Assembly: GCA_965203255.1 (NCBI GenBank)
Contig: OZ241882.1
Span: 5,391,436-5,455,435 of the forward strand
Direction: 5' to 3'
Source: Paracoccaceae bacterium
Lineage (GTDB): Bacteria; Pseudomonadota; Alphaproteobacteria; Rhodobacterales; Rhodobacteraceae
DNA: 64,000 nt
Positions 36,619-46,323 of the stretch are shown here, one piece after another; position 1 is the first letter of the stretch; each line of letters starts with the position of its first letter. The notes beneath the pieces were generated by a model. The model had not been told where the DNA came from. It saw only the letters and a list, made by a program, of their open reading frames with translations, and did no database searches. The translations under genes and the position numbers were made by a program.

Positions 36619-37935
36619 CTACACGGTGGTGGCTTCGAGCAGACGCAATCGGCTGCGGTAGCCGCCAACGATTGAGTCGGTAAGCGCGGCCGGAAAGCCC
36701 TCGGGCAATGAGTCGACCGTATCGGCTATGGCCTTCTCGCTTTGGTTCTGCAGGTCAGTAAAAATCCCTCGGATAATGCTTTCGCCCATGCCACAGGCCT
36801 CGGCAGTTTGGAGGAAATGCCGCGGAGCGATCTTGTGAACTGGGTAATGGCGCTTCTTTCCCACTGCCATCGCCATCTTCATCTGCCGGCGCCGTAGCTG
36901 CTTCGCATCGTAGAGTGGCTGAGCCGACATAACATCGTAGAACGGAGTCACAGAGAATCGGCCGCGCGGATGCAGAAACAGGCTGATGTTTTTGGCATGG
37001 CCGTCGGTCGCGGCCAACAGCCAAAACACAATCGCGGCTTTCATGATTAGCCGTTGATCGTGAAGAGGCTTGTCGCTGCTTGCGAACAAGCCGATCAGAC
37101 CAGAAAGTCCGGGGCCGCCATCACTCTCATATTTGCGGGTTGGCGGAACCGACAGCGCTTGACAGCAATCTTCCTGTGGCAGGCGCAGAAGCCGCTTGTC
37201 TTTGGTCCATAGACGGTCAAACCGTTCCACGACCAGCACCTTCCTGTTACCAAAGCTGGTGATCGCGGTGCCGGCAGTCGGCAGGCCGAGCGCGTTCATG
37301 AGGCTCGTGCATAGGTGCTCGTTCTCAACTGAGAGCGAGAGATCGACACCGTCCGACCGTTTGCCAATCTCCGGCTTGAATATGTGGGTGGTGGCCGTCG
37401 TGCCGTGCGGAATGTGCCAATGACCCTGCCAGTGGAGCAGGGCGGTTTTTTCCTGATCGCCTGCCAGTGAAATCCGGAACTCTTCATCCTCGCCGATGCC
37501 GAGCGGGCTGCTTGCCAGACTGCCTAGCAGGGTAGCAACCTCATCATCGGTGACCGGCCGCGCATCAATCCCGCCGGCCGGTCCCGGCTCCATGTCTTCG
37601 GGTAGGAACTGTAAAGCGCCGACGCAGTCACGGCCTATTGCACTCAGCAGACTGAAAGCGTCGAAGCCGTCGGTATGCGCTCGCTCAGCCACTTTGCGCA
37701 GGATGTCGGGGCTATCCGGCAAAAGGTTTTCAAACACGGCGGTCACTGGCGCACCGATGTAACGATCCTCGCGCAGTGGCAGCGACAGAGAGATCGGGAA
37801 GGCGTTTCCCCAAGACAGCCAGCTGTCATCATACTGGAAGTCTACGGCGCCGCTCGCGGCCTTGCGCAGCCGACCAACCGGGCGGCTGTTCAGGTAGACA
37901 GATAGCGGGGGATGCGTCCGACTCCGGGCCATCAA
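36619..37935 (-). CDS. hipA: HipA-family serine/threonine kinase toxin
   Basis: 438 aa. N-terminal coupling domain (LSVYLNSRPVGRL...FQYDDSWL), LAGDQEKTAL, and a catalytic region DGHAKNISL. Confidence 0.85.
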   Translation of the reverse strand: MMARSRTHPPLSVYLNSRPVGRLRKAASGAVDFQYDDSWLSWGNAFPISLSLPLREDRYIGAPVTAVFENLLPDSPDILRKVAERAHTDGFDAFSLLSAIGRDCVGALQFLPEDMEPGPAGGIDARPVTDDEVATLLGSLASSPLGIGEDEEFRISLAGDQEKTALLHWQGHWHIPHGTTATTHIFKPEIGKRSDGVDLSLSVENEHLCTSLMNALGLPTAGTAITSFGNRKVLVVERFDRLWTKDKRLLRLPQEDCCQALSVPPTRKYESDGGPGLSGLIGLFASSDKPLHDQRLIMKAAIVFWLLAATDGHAKNISLFLHPRGRFSVTPFYDVMSAQPLYDAKQLRRRQMKMAMAVGKKRHYPVHKIAPRHFLQTAEACGMGESIIRGIFTDLQNQSEKAIADTVDSLPEGFPAALTDSIVGGYRSRLRLLEATTV

Positions 37936-38186
37936 AACAGGTTCTCAATATCTTCAGCTTTGGCCTGGCTGCGTTGCCGCACGACAAGCTCTAGATCGAG
38001 TGCCGCCAGGGCGGCGATGATCGTGACAAGCTGCGTGGCCGGCGCTCCGTCCTCCAGCTTCGAGACTGTTGCTTGGCGCAGGTGGACTGTTTCACCGACC
38101 TGCGATTGTGTCAGGCCCCGCTGCTTGCGGACCCGGCGCAGGATGGCGCCCAGCTGTTTTGCTGATCTCGCTATCTGATCGGTCAT
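37932..38186 (-). CDS. hipB: HipB-like XRE-family antitoxin/repressor
   Basis: 84-aa HTH protein (LGAILRRVRKQRGLTQSQVGETVHLRQATVSKLE). ATGA overlap with hipA. Confidence 0.8.
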   Translation of the reverse strand: MTDQIARSAKQLGAILRRVRKQRGLTQSQVGETVHLRQATVSKLEDGAPATQLVTIIAALAALDLELVVRQRSQAKAEDIENLF

Positions 38187-38209
38187 GATCGCGTCCTTTC
38201 ATGAGCAGT

Positions 38210-38306
38210 ATACGCGATTGCGTATCGAGCGTCAATATACGCGATTGCGTTTAATTGTGTTTTATGCGCGATAAAGTATAATCTGTAGTTATGCGCGAAT
38301 GCGTTT
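38210..38306. promoter_or_regulatory. Four operator-like palindromes upstream of hipBA
   Basis: ATACGC-GATT-GCGTAT is perfect at 38210-38225. Degenerate copies lie at 38237-38252, 38264-38279 and 38291-38306, directly 5' of hipB on the minus strand. Confidence 0.6.
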
Positions 38307-38379
38307 ATCAGCCACAAGCCACCGTGCATACGTCTGGAAAGGCACAGGCGACCCACATTTTGTGACCAAGGGGTTGACG

Positions 38380-38911
38380 GGCGGAATCGTCCGCCTTGCG
38401 TCCCGGACATGCCCGGTCGACCAAAAGACGACCACCCGATGTCCCGTCAGGAGTTCGGGGAGCTTCCCGGACGACGGGGCCTGCGCCCGCCACCTGGCTG
38501 AGCTACGCTGGGGCGCCAGCTCTGGAACGTCTTTATCGGAACCCCATGGGATTGGCGGAAGCTTGCCTGCGAGCCGTCCCAGCGCTCGAAGTTCGCCATC
38601 AGGGCCTGCTGGCCTCGCTCCGAACTCTTCGGCCGGAGCCCGCAACGGCCGCCAACGATGCATCATCTGTCATGAAGACCCCTCCAATCAAGGTGAATGA
38701 ATCGGAAGATGCTCTTGCGCAGGAGCAGACGAAGGCAAGACGAATAGGCAACGCCGTGCTTTTGACGCTTACCGTCCAGAAGCACCCGGACGAGTTCGTC
38801 TTCCGCTGGAACCGGCACCACCACCACAGGGTCTCCTTCGACAGCCTTCCCGGCATTGGCCCGAGGTTGCCGCCCGCAACGTACCGCGACATCATCGAAG
38901 GACGCGCCTGA
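38380..38911 (+). pseudogene. 3' fragment of a GC-rich IS1595-family transposase
   Basis: The frame ending at 38911 reads ...KHPDEFVFRWNRHHHHRVSFDSLPGI...PPATYRDII, close to the IS1595 C-terminal consensus (YLDEF.FRFNRR....F..LL......TY..I). Upstream frames are broken, and the composition changes abruptly near 38380. Confidence 0.4.
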
Positions 38912-39063
38912 GGCGACCAGAGTGCCGGTACCCCACGCCCGCAATCCCTCAGGACGCCCCCGCATCCCCGCCTTCCCCGCCGTCAGGGTCGCCCCACGGC
39001 GGCGCTGGCGCGTTCTCCGCGACGGATCCGGGAATCCTGCCGCATGGCACCCACCACAACATC

Positions 39064-40595
39064 TTATGCCGATTTGGCCAGAGGAGCCTCTTGCACAATT
39101 ATCGCGGTTCGGGCTTGCGCTGCAAGCCTTTGGGTTCCTTCAGGGGCGCGGCACCGGAACTGACGGGTGCCCGGGGCGTTTCCACCGACTTGGGTGTGGC
39201 GGAATGCCGCAGTCTGTGGCCCGTCGGGCACCGTCCGCGCATGGCTGGCCGCGCCGTCCCCTCCGGGGCGGCGTCCGCGGCGTCCGGTGCTGCCGCGGCT
39301 GGTGGCGTCAGATGGTGAGCCGCATCAGCTGCCCGCCCGTCAGGGCCAGCACGCCGAAGAACAGGTGGCAGGCCACCCTGGCGTGCCCCCGGACGCGGAC
39401 GTGCCGGGCGCCGTAAGAGTCCTTCAGGGCGGAGTTCACGCGCCCGCCGCTGGAGCGCTGCCGGTAGCGGACGCGGTCGTGGCGTATGTGGCCCGCTTTC
39501 CTCTGCGCCAGCGCCTCTTTCCCGAGGCGCTCCCTCAGCGCCGCGTCGCGGCGGGGGTTGGTGTCGGTGACCGCCACGCGCCCCGTCAGGCAGGCGTGGA
39601 ACCCGATCTCCAGGGAACCGTGGCCGCGTCCATGAGCTCGTGGCAGTGGTCCACCCGCAGCGCCGTCATTTTCGACAGCGGGATGGCGGCCTGGCTGTCG
39701 TGCAGCGACGCCGAGGTCAGGATGCAGCTGACGGGGACGTCCCCATCGGCGGCGTCGATATGGAGCCTGTACCCCCTCCAGCTCTCCCTGTACCCCTTCG
39801 CGTTGCGCTTCGTGCCGGTGCCGCAGGCCTTCGGCAGCCCGTCGGCCATCTCCGCGGCGGTCATCCCGTCCCGCAGCTGCCGCTCCAGCCGGGTCGGCTC
39901 CTTCGGCCTCTCCTCCCCCTTTCCCGGGCGTCCGCGCTTTCGCTTCGGTCCCTCCTGCGGCTTCGGCTTCGGCGCCGGCCTCTCCCGCCCGACGATCGCC
40001 GTGGAGTCCCGCGATATGTGTCCGACGACCGAGCCGGCGTACGCGGCGCGGACCAGCGCCCCGTGCATCCGCTCCGGCAGCCGGGTCTCCGCGAACCAGG
40101 CGAAGGCGCGGGAGAACGCCGGTTCGCTGGGAACCTCCGATACGCGGGACCAGCCGACGGGCCTGCGCAGCGTCGGGTGGTGGCGCAGCCTGTCGACCGT
40201 CACCACCGTGGCCGGCATGTCCCACACCGCCCTCCCGACGAAGGCCCGCGCCAGCGCCCTGCGGTCGGCGGCAGGGTTGCCGACGCCCCCGTGGCTGTAG
40301 TGCACGTGCCTCTCGACCTCCACCAGGTCCAGGACGGCGACGGACCTGCCGTGCCTCACGCCCAGCGGCCCGACCTCCCCGGCGAGGGCCGGCAGAAGTT
40401 CCCCTTGAAACCGCTGCCAGGCATCTGATATGGAAGAACGTAGGGACATGGAGCCGTCTCCCCGTATGTAGTGGCTTTCACACCTGCTCCATACTAGAGG
40501 GACGGCTCCATATCCAGGCCATCCATCAGAAAAAGCGTCCGTTTCCGAAAAAAACCGCTTGATCGGGAAGTTCTGCAAGAAGCTCAGAGGATAAG
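39064..40595 (-). mobile_element. IS4-family insertion sequence (approximate ends)
   Basis: Imperfect terminal repeats CTTATGCC...GAGCCTCTTGCACAATTATCGCGGTT (39064-39108) pair with the reverse complement of 40543-40595, CTTATCC..GAGCTTCTTGCAGAACTT..ATCAAGCGGTT. They enclose the transposase frames. Confidence 0.55.
39308..40449 (-). pseudogene. IS4-family DDE transposase with a -1 frameshift
   Basis: From the ATG at 40449 the frame reads ...GYRLHIDAADGDVPVSCILTSASLHDSQAAIPL...HELMDAA and then stops. The next frame continues GSLEIGFHACLTGRVAVTDTNPRRD...RYRQRSSGGRVNSALKDSYGARHVRVRGHARVACHLFFGVLALTGGQLMRL. One missing base near 39620-39623 would restore DAAYGSLEI. Confidence 0.7.
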
Positions 40596-40671
40596 CCTTA
40601 AGTTCCTTTTGACTCTGAAAGGCCGCTGGGCAATGGTAAGGCCACAGATTAGGGTCACGGAGGATCGGACC

Positions 40672-42240
40672 ATGCAAGGTCAAATTGTGATTTCCATCGC
40701 GACGATTGCATTGAGCGTTGGTGCGGCCGCAGCCGAGTACAGATTGACGGTTCTGCACACGAACGACTTTCATTCGCGTTTCGAGCCGATCAGCAAGTAT
40801 GACAGCGGCTGTTCGGCAGAAGACAATTCCGAGGGCAAATGCTTCGGTGGGTCCGCTAGGCTGGTGACGGCCGTGGATGAGGCAAAGAGACGTAGTGCGA
40901 ACTACATCCTTGTGGACGGTGGAGACCAATTCCAGGGTTCGCTGTTCTATACGTATTACAAAGGCAAGGTGGCCGCCGAACTGATGAACAAAATGGGCTA
41001 CGATGCAATGACCGTTGGTAACCATGAGTTTGATGACGGCCCTGAAGTCCTGAGGGGCTTCGCTGAATCGGTACGCTTCCCGATCCTGATGTCGAATGCC
41101 GAATATTCAGGTGAGCCGGCGTTGGTCGGGACGATCCGGAAATCCGTGGTTATGGAGCGTGGTGGCGAACGGCTGGGGCTGATCGGACTGACCCCTGTTG
41201 ATACGCAGGAACTCTCGAGCCCCGGCAAGAACATCGTGTTCACGGATCCGGTCGCATCCGTTCAGGAGCAGGTCGATCTGCTGGAGGCGGAAGGTATCAA
41301 CAAGATCATCCTGCTGAGCCATTCAGGCTATCTTGTTGACCAGCATGTTGCTTTGAACACAGATGGTGTCGACATAATAGTCGGCGGACACGACAACACC
41401 TATCTGTCGAATGCGTCCGAGGACGCGGAGGGTCCGTATCCAACTATGGTGGGTCCGACTGCGATCGTTCAGGCCTATGCATTCGGGAAGTTCCTGGGCG
41501 AACTGAACGTGTCGTTCGACGACGACGGCGTGATCACGGAGGCTGTTGGCGACCCTATCATTATGGATGCAAGCGTGCCCGAGGATGAGGCGACAAAAAT
41601 GCGCATCAATGAGCTCGCGGCCCCGCTCAATGAGATTCGAAGCAGGGTCGTGGCACAAGCCGGCGGGATGATCGACGGTGATCGAGGTGTCTGTCGGGTT
41701 GCGGAATGCCCGATGGGTAATCTCGTAGCGGAAGCGATGCTTGAACGCGTGAAGAATCAGGGCATCCAGATCGCCTTTGCCAATTCAGGTGGCATCCGCG
41801 CCTCGTTTCAGGCGGGCGACGTGACGATGGGCGACGTAATGACCGTCCTGCCATTCCAGAACACATTGTCCACATTCCGGATCAAGGGACAGGGCATTAT
41901 CGACTCGCTTGAGAACGGAGTTAGCCAGGTCGAGGAAGTCAAGGGTCGTTTTCCGCAGGTGGCGGGCCTAAGCTTCGTTTGGGATCCAGCGGTTGCGCCC
42001 GGGCAGGGGCGGATCAATGAGGTTCTGGTTGCCGGTCAACCGATCGACCCTGACGCCACGTATGGCGTGGTGACAAACAACTTCGTTCGAAATGGTGGTG
42101 ACGGCTATAGTGTGTTTGCCACACAAGCGATTGAACCATATGATTTCGGTCCGGATCTAGCGGATGTGTTGGCGGAGTACATCGCGGGCCGGACTCCGGT
42201 TACCCCGATGCTCGACGGTAGAATCTCAAGGCTTGAGTAG
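40672..42240 (+). CDS. Periplasmic bifunctional 5'-nucleotidase / UDP-sugar hydrolase (UshA-like)
   Basis: Signal peptide, then LTVLHTNDFHSRF, VDGGDQFQGS and GNHEFD metallophosphoesterase motifs, plus a C-terminal 5'-nucleotidase domain. Confidence 0.85.
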   Translation: MQGQIVISIATIALSVGAAAAEYRLTVLHTNDFHSRFEPISKYDSGCSAEDNSEGKCFGGSARLVTAVDEAKRRSANYILVDGGDQFQGSLFYTYYKGKVAAELMNKMGYDAMTVGNHEFDDGPEVLRGFAESVRFPILMSNAEYSGEPALVGTIRKSVVMERGGERLGLIGLTPVDTQELSSPGKNIVFTDPVASVQEQVDLLEAEGINKIILLSHSGYLVDQHVALNTDGVDIIVGGHDNTYLSNASEDAEGPYPTMVGPTAIVQAYAFGKFLGELNVSFDDDGVITEAVGDPIIMDASVPEDEATKMRINELAAPLNEIRSRVVAQAGGMIDGDRGVCRVAECPMGNLVAEAMLERVKNQGIQIAFANSGGIRASFQAGDVTMGDVMTVLPFQNTLSTFRIKGQGIIDSLENGVSQVEEVKGRFPQVAGLSFVWDPAVAPGQGRINEVLVAGQPIDPDATYGVVTNNFVRNGGDGYSVFATQAIEPYDFGPDLADVLAEYIAGRTPVTPMLDGRISRLE

Positions 42241-42504
42241 TTTTTTCCGGGATGCATTGATGGCCCGCTCCGCTGCGGCCTCCAGTGTCTCCTGCGTGGA
42301 TCTACTCGGCGAAATCTGCTGTAGGGACCCCTGAGCCCCCGGCGCTCTTCGGCTGATCACACCTGAGTTCCGTCTTCACTCCTTCCGCATCGTGGCTGTA
42401 GCCGTATTCGGGTATTGGCTATGGTTCAGATTTGCCGGGGTTGCACTTCGGAATGGAAGCGGGTCCGCATTGAGGAACTAAAACATCTCCTGGGTATTCA
42501 ACTG

Positions 42505-43482
42505 ATGCGAATTGATGGACTGCAATACGCCAATTGGTCTGAGAGGATTTTCCGTCAGATGCGCGAGGGCGGCATGGACGCTGTCCACGTGACGATCTGT
42601 TATCACGAAAATTTCCGGGAAACCGTTCTGAACATCGAGCGATGGAACAAGTGGTTCAAGCGATTTCCAGACCTCATAATGCCGGCGCGTCGGGCGTCTG
42701 ATATTGATTGCGCCCGAAGAACCGGCCGGACGGCGATATTCTTCGGGCTCCAGAACTGCGCACCGATCGAGGATGATGTTGGTCTCGTGGAAATTATTCA
42801 CGCACTTGGTGCCAGGTTCATGCAACTGACCTACAACAACCAGTCGTTGCTTGCAGGGGGGTGCTATGAGTCTGAGGACAGCGGAATCACCCGCATGGGG
42901 CGGCAGGTGATCAGGGAAATGAACAGGGTCGGTCTTGCTGTAGACATGAGCCATTCGGGTGACAGGTCGACAATTGAGGCGGCGGAAATTTCCGAACGAC
43001 CGATTGCCATCACGCACGCCAATCCATTTGATTGGAAGCCAGCACGTCGCAACAAGCGCGAAGATGTCATTCGTGCCGTGGTCGAAGCAGGCGGAATGAT
43101 CGGATTCTCGTTGTACCCCCATCACCTTCGGGGCGGACCCGACTGTACGCTCCGCTGCTTCTCGGAAATGGTGGCTCGTACGGCTGACCGATACGGAGTG
43201 GACCACTTCGGGATTGGGTCAGACCTTTGCCAGGATCAACCCGACAGTGTAGTAGCTTGGATGCGGAATGGTCGGTGGTCCACGACAACCGACTTCGGCG
43301 AGGGATCTGCCGATGAACCTGGTTTTCCTCCGATGCCCGCATGGTTCCGGAACAATCGCGATTTTGCCAATATCGAAGTTGGCCTTCGCAGGGTCGGCAT
43401 GCACGATGCGGAAGTTGCGGCGATAATGGGTGGAAATTGGTACCGATTTTTCGCTGAGGCTTTCGAATCGAATTCGTCATGA
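42505..43482 (+). CDS. M19 family membrane dipeptidase
   Basis: IDGLQ..., FMQLTYNNQS, VDMSHSG and ITHANP are renal-dipeptidase family motifs. Start chosen at MRIDGLQ. Confidence 0.8.
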   Translation: MRIDGLQYANWSERIFRQMREGGMDAVHVTICYHENFRETVLNIERWNKWFKRFPDLIMPARRASDIDCARRTGRTAIFFGLQNCAPIEDDVGLVEIIHALGARFMQLTYNNQSLLAGGCYESEDSGITRMGRQVIREMNRVGLAVDMSHSGDRSTIEAAEISERPIAITHANPFDWKPARRNKREDVIRAVVEAGGMIGFSLYPHHLRGGPDCTLRCFSEMVARTADRYGVDHFGIGSDLCQDQPDSVVAWMRNGRWSTTTDFGEGSADEPGFPPMPAWFRNNRDFANIEVGLRRVGMHDAEVAAIMGGNWYRFFAEAFESNSS

Positions 43483-45167
43483 GGTCCAGGGGCCGGCGGA
43501 TCGAACGGCGGGCTCCGTCCGAAGTGATGCGGCTCAGTCGACTCGGAGCGTTCCATCAATGCCGCTTGAGTTTCATGCGTGTTCTGACCCGCCGGATCGC
43601 GCGGGATCGATGGCGGTTCGAGCGGCCATTCTTCGAGGTCGACAGGGTGGGTGTGGGTCGTGCCGTCTATACGGCCCTTGGCCCTGAGAGAAGCTACTCC
43701 TTGGTTGCGTTTTCACATGACTTGCCAGATGCGATGCGTTCAGACCGAGTGATCGCGGAGGCATGGGATGCCACGTTTGCGCTACACGACGGAGTTCCAA
43801 CAGAGTCGGATATCCATCGGTTGGCGCGTAACGTGCCATTGCAGGAAGCGGGGCGTGTAACGGAACGGGAACTTGTTCTCTCCAGGGCAAATAGATCGGT
43901 TCGGCTATGGAGACATGTGGTCGACTCACTCGCATCGGGATGTCAGCCTGATTCCGCACTTATCGAACAGGTTGGATACCTCATGCGGACGACAGCGGTC
44001 TATGGGTCAGGCAAGTTTGGTGCCGCCGACCGCGACATGATCGCAGGCCGAGTCGAATTGAGGGCACCATTTCAGGCGGAAATGCTCTCAATATACCTCA
44101 TACGGACATTCGCTCGTGATCTGGTCGAGCACATGGCTCGGCAACGTGGAGGAAGCCAGGCCGTTTGTTTGGATCCCGCAATTGCGAGGTCGATGGGAAT
44201 CGGAAATTCAACCGGCCTAGGCATGGCTCCGTTCATCATCAATCACCCGGTGCTCTTCAACAATTGGATCATGGCACGTGAGGAAGCTGTCGCGCTTGTT
44301 CGTTCGGTCCAAAGAGCAACATCGGCGGAGTCTGCAATCTTTGTTGAGTTGCTGGCCCGCTCCGAGGAGGACGTGCGGAAATGGAAAACGGAGCACCCTC
44401 GACAGGCAGAGCGGGTAGCTGAACTCAAATTGGACCTTAAGGCATTGCGAGGCTTTGTACAGGCCAGCAATCTTTGGAACGACGACTACCCTTGGGACAA
44501 ACTAGTGGATTGGGCGGGAAAGGCGTTGTCCGAGGAAGGACTGGAACTGCTTGTATCACTCATACTCGAACCGTACGGGGAATTTGTCGATGGTTTGGTC
44601 GCCGACATGTCAAGCAATTGTGCAGGCACTCCTGCGATTGATGGCGAGATGACTATCTCGGAAATTCGAGCGCAGATAGAAAAGTCCTTTGGATGGGCAC
44701 TCGCGCTCAATTGGAGAGCGCCCGAAAACTGTGCCCGCGTGTGGTATATTTCGGAAGAAAAGCTGGAGCCACGTCTTGGCGAGCGGTATGAGGAACCGAT
44801 TGGCGATTTCGAGCAACCTCTTTCTCCTGCCCGAGATGCGGTGAGAGCATATGCTGACTTGGCCCAATGGGACGGTGACAGCCCAATCGCTGAATTCCTG
44901 AACGTCCACGCAGAGCACCGGCACGTAATCCGTCGCACGCAAATGTGCAGAGATGCTCCCTATGGCGAGATCCGTGACAACACGATTTCGGCGGACCTGG
45001 TTCCACTCGACATGTTACGAGCCAAACTCTCTTTCTTTGGTGCTACCCGTTTCGATCCAAGATCGGATAGATGGATCCGGATCTGTATGTTTGCCGGTGC
45101 TCCGCATCCGGAGGAACTGTCTCCTGACAACGCTGATTTCTGGGTTTATACCGAATCGGACATATGA
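43479..45167 (+). CDS. Conserved hypothetical protein (562 aa), translationally coupled to the dipeptidase
   Basis: Long ORF with protein-like composition. ATGA overlaps at both ends (43479 and 45164). I recognise no family. Confidence 0.6.
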   Translation: MRSRGRRIERRAPSEVMRLSRLGAFHQCRLSFMRVLTRRIARDRWRFERPFFEVDRVGVGRAVYTALGPERSYSLVAFSHDLPDAMRSDRVIAEAWDATFALHDGVPTESDIHRLARNVPLQEAGRVTERELVLSRANRSVRLWRHVVDSLASGCQPDSALIEQVGYLMRTTAVYGSGKFGAADRDMIAGRVELRAPFQAEMLSIYLIRTFARDLVEHMARQRGGSQAVCLDPAIARSMGIGNSTGLGMAPFIINHPVLFNNWIMAREEAVALVRSVQRATSAESAIFVELLARSEEDVRKWKTEHPRQAERVAELKLDLKALRGFVQASNLWNDDYPWDKLVDWAGKALSEEGLELLVSLILEPYGEFVDGLVADMSSNCAGTPAIDGEMTISEIRAQIEKSFGWALALNWRAPENCARVWYISEEKLEPRLGERYEEPIGDFEQPLSPARDAVRAYADLAQWDGDSPIAEFLNVHAEHRHVIRRTQMCRDAPYGEIRDNTISADLVPLDMLRAKLSFFGATRFDPRSDRWIRICMFAGAPHPEELSPDNADFWVYTESDI

Positions 45168-45808
45168 ATCTGTCTCTGAATGAAGTTGAATCGATTGCCC
45201 GCAAGGCTGCTCGCGGGGCTGGTTACGACTGGGGTAGCTGCGAGGAGGCAGGATGGGCGGTTCGGTGGCTTTGCTCATTCAAATTGGATGGATGCGGCGC
45301 TCTCGCAGCGCGGTTGCATCATTGCAGCGTTTCATTGCCAGGAGACGTTGCTCCAAAAGTAAATGGAAGAACTTGGAAGGCGTCGGGTGATTTCATGTGC
45401 CCGATTCTGGCAGGTGCTGCCATTTCGGACTTCGCTTATGCGAGCGGTGAAGAAGGTTGGGTGCTTGAGTCAGTCGCCTATCCGGTGTTGTTGCTTCCGT
45501 TTGCATCCCGAATTGCGAAACAGATGCGATCAGTTGTCAGTGTTTCGTGGGGTCGTACCGAGACTTCCGCGAGCGCTGAACAGTTCGGCGTAAAGGTAGG
45601 TTACGATCAACTCGACACTGCTTATGCTCAATATGTCAATGTCCGTATTGCTGGGACACTCTGCGGTTTGCTCCCCAAGGTTCACCGGGTTTGGCCGGAC
45701 GCGGATGACTGGGACGCGTTGGTTGCTCTAGCAGGTAGGACATATGCCCCGGCCACCGAAGAATCACGGTCTCTCGGTGCTGGGGGAGGCTTGAACGACA
45801 ATGACTGA
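45164..45808 (+). CDS. DUF3726-like protein
   Basis: The N-terminus MNLSLNEVESIARKAARGAGYDWGSCEEAGWAVRWL resembles the DUF3726 signature. Confidence 0.55.
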   Translation: MNLSLNEVESIARKAARGAGYDWGSCEEAGWAVRWLCSFKLDGCGALAARLHHCSVSLPGDVAPKVNGRTWKASGDFMCPILAGAAISDFAYASGEEGWVLESVAYPVLLLPFASRIAKQMRSVVSVSWGRTETSASAEQFGVKVGYDQLDTAYAQYVNVRIAGTLCGLLPKVHRVWPDADDWDALVALAGRTYAPATEESRSLGAGGGLNDND

Positions 45809-46096
45809 TGCAAACCAGTTGACTTGGTAAACCGGATTGTGTTTTCGATTGCGATCTCAACGACGTGTTCAGAGAGATCGGTCTCGTTCCGTCGACCTAT
45901 CGGAAGGCTGGATCCGGGGTGCTGATATTCCTTGGCGGGTTGGCGTGACGGTTGATTCTCTGGAGTTACAGCTGCGACGTCCACCATCAATTCAATTGTT
46001 TCACAGGAACGTTCCCCCGCCACAACTTGTTGCACCATCGTCATTCCCTTGCACCGAATCACCGGCGAAGGCAAACGCCGACGCGTCTCATGGCAT

Positions 46097-46323
46097 CTGG
46101 CCGGCGCACCGTTCAGGCAGCGCAGTTCGTGCCGGGCGCCGTCGGCGTCGGTGAACCGGGCCGCGCGTGTGCCGGGTTCCGCGCCGGGGACGGAGCGGAG
46201 GCCGTGCCGCCGCAGGCGGGCGATGCGGGGCCCGTTGGAGGCGGGGCCGTCCTGCGGGACGATGGCCTTCAGGCGCCGACGCTCCCGCCGGAGGCCGTCG
46301 ACGGACCGCGCCGCGGCGTTGCG
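46097..46323 (+). repeat. Left copy of an inverted homologous GC-rich repeat bracketing the 47.5-53.5 kb island
   Basis: Aligns by eye at roughly nine in ten positions with the reverse complement of 53813-54069, apart from one ~29-bp indel. Confidence 0.75.

Noticed and set aside
45830-46048. Minus-strand ORF MTMVQQVVAGERSCETIELMVDVAAV... at the left border of the GC-rich block. Its first residues resemble the ISKra4 transposase start (MTNVQIDAS...).
   Set aside because: The similarity is limited to ~5 residues. The ORF runs 126 nt into the convergent DUF3726 gene, and there is no nucleotide similarity to the intact IS.
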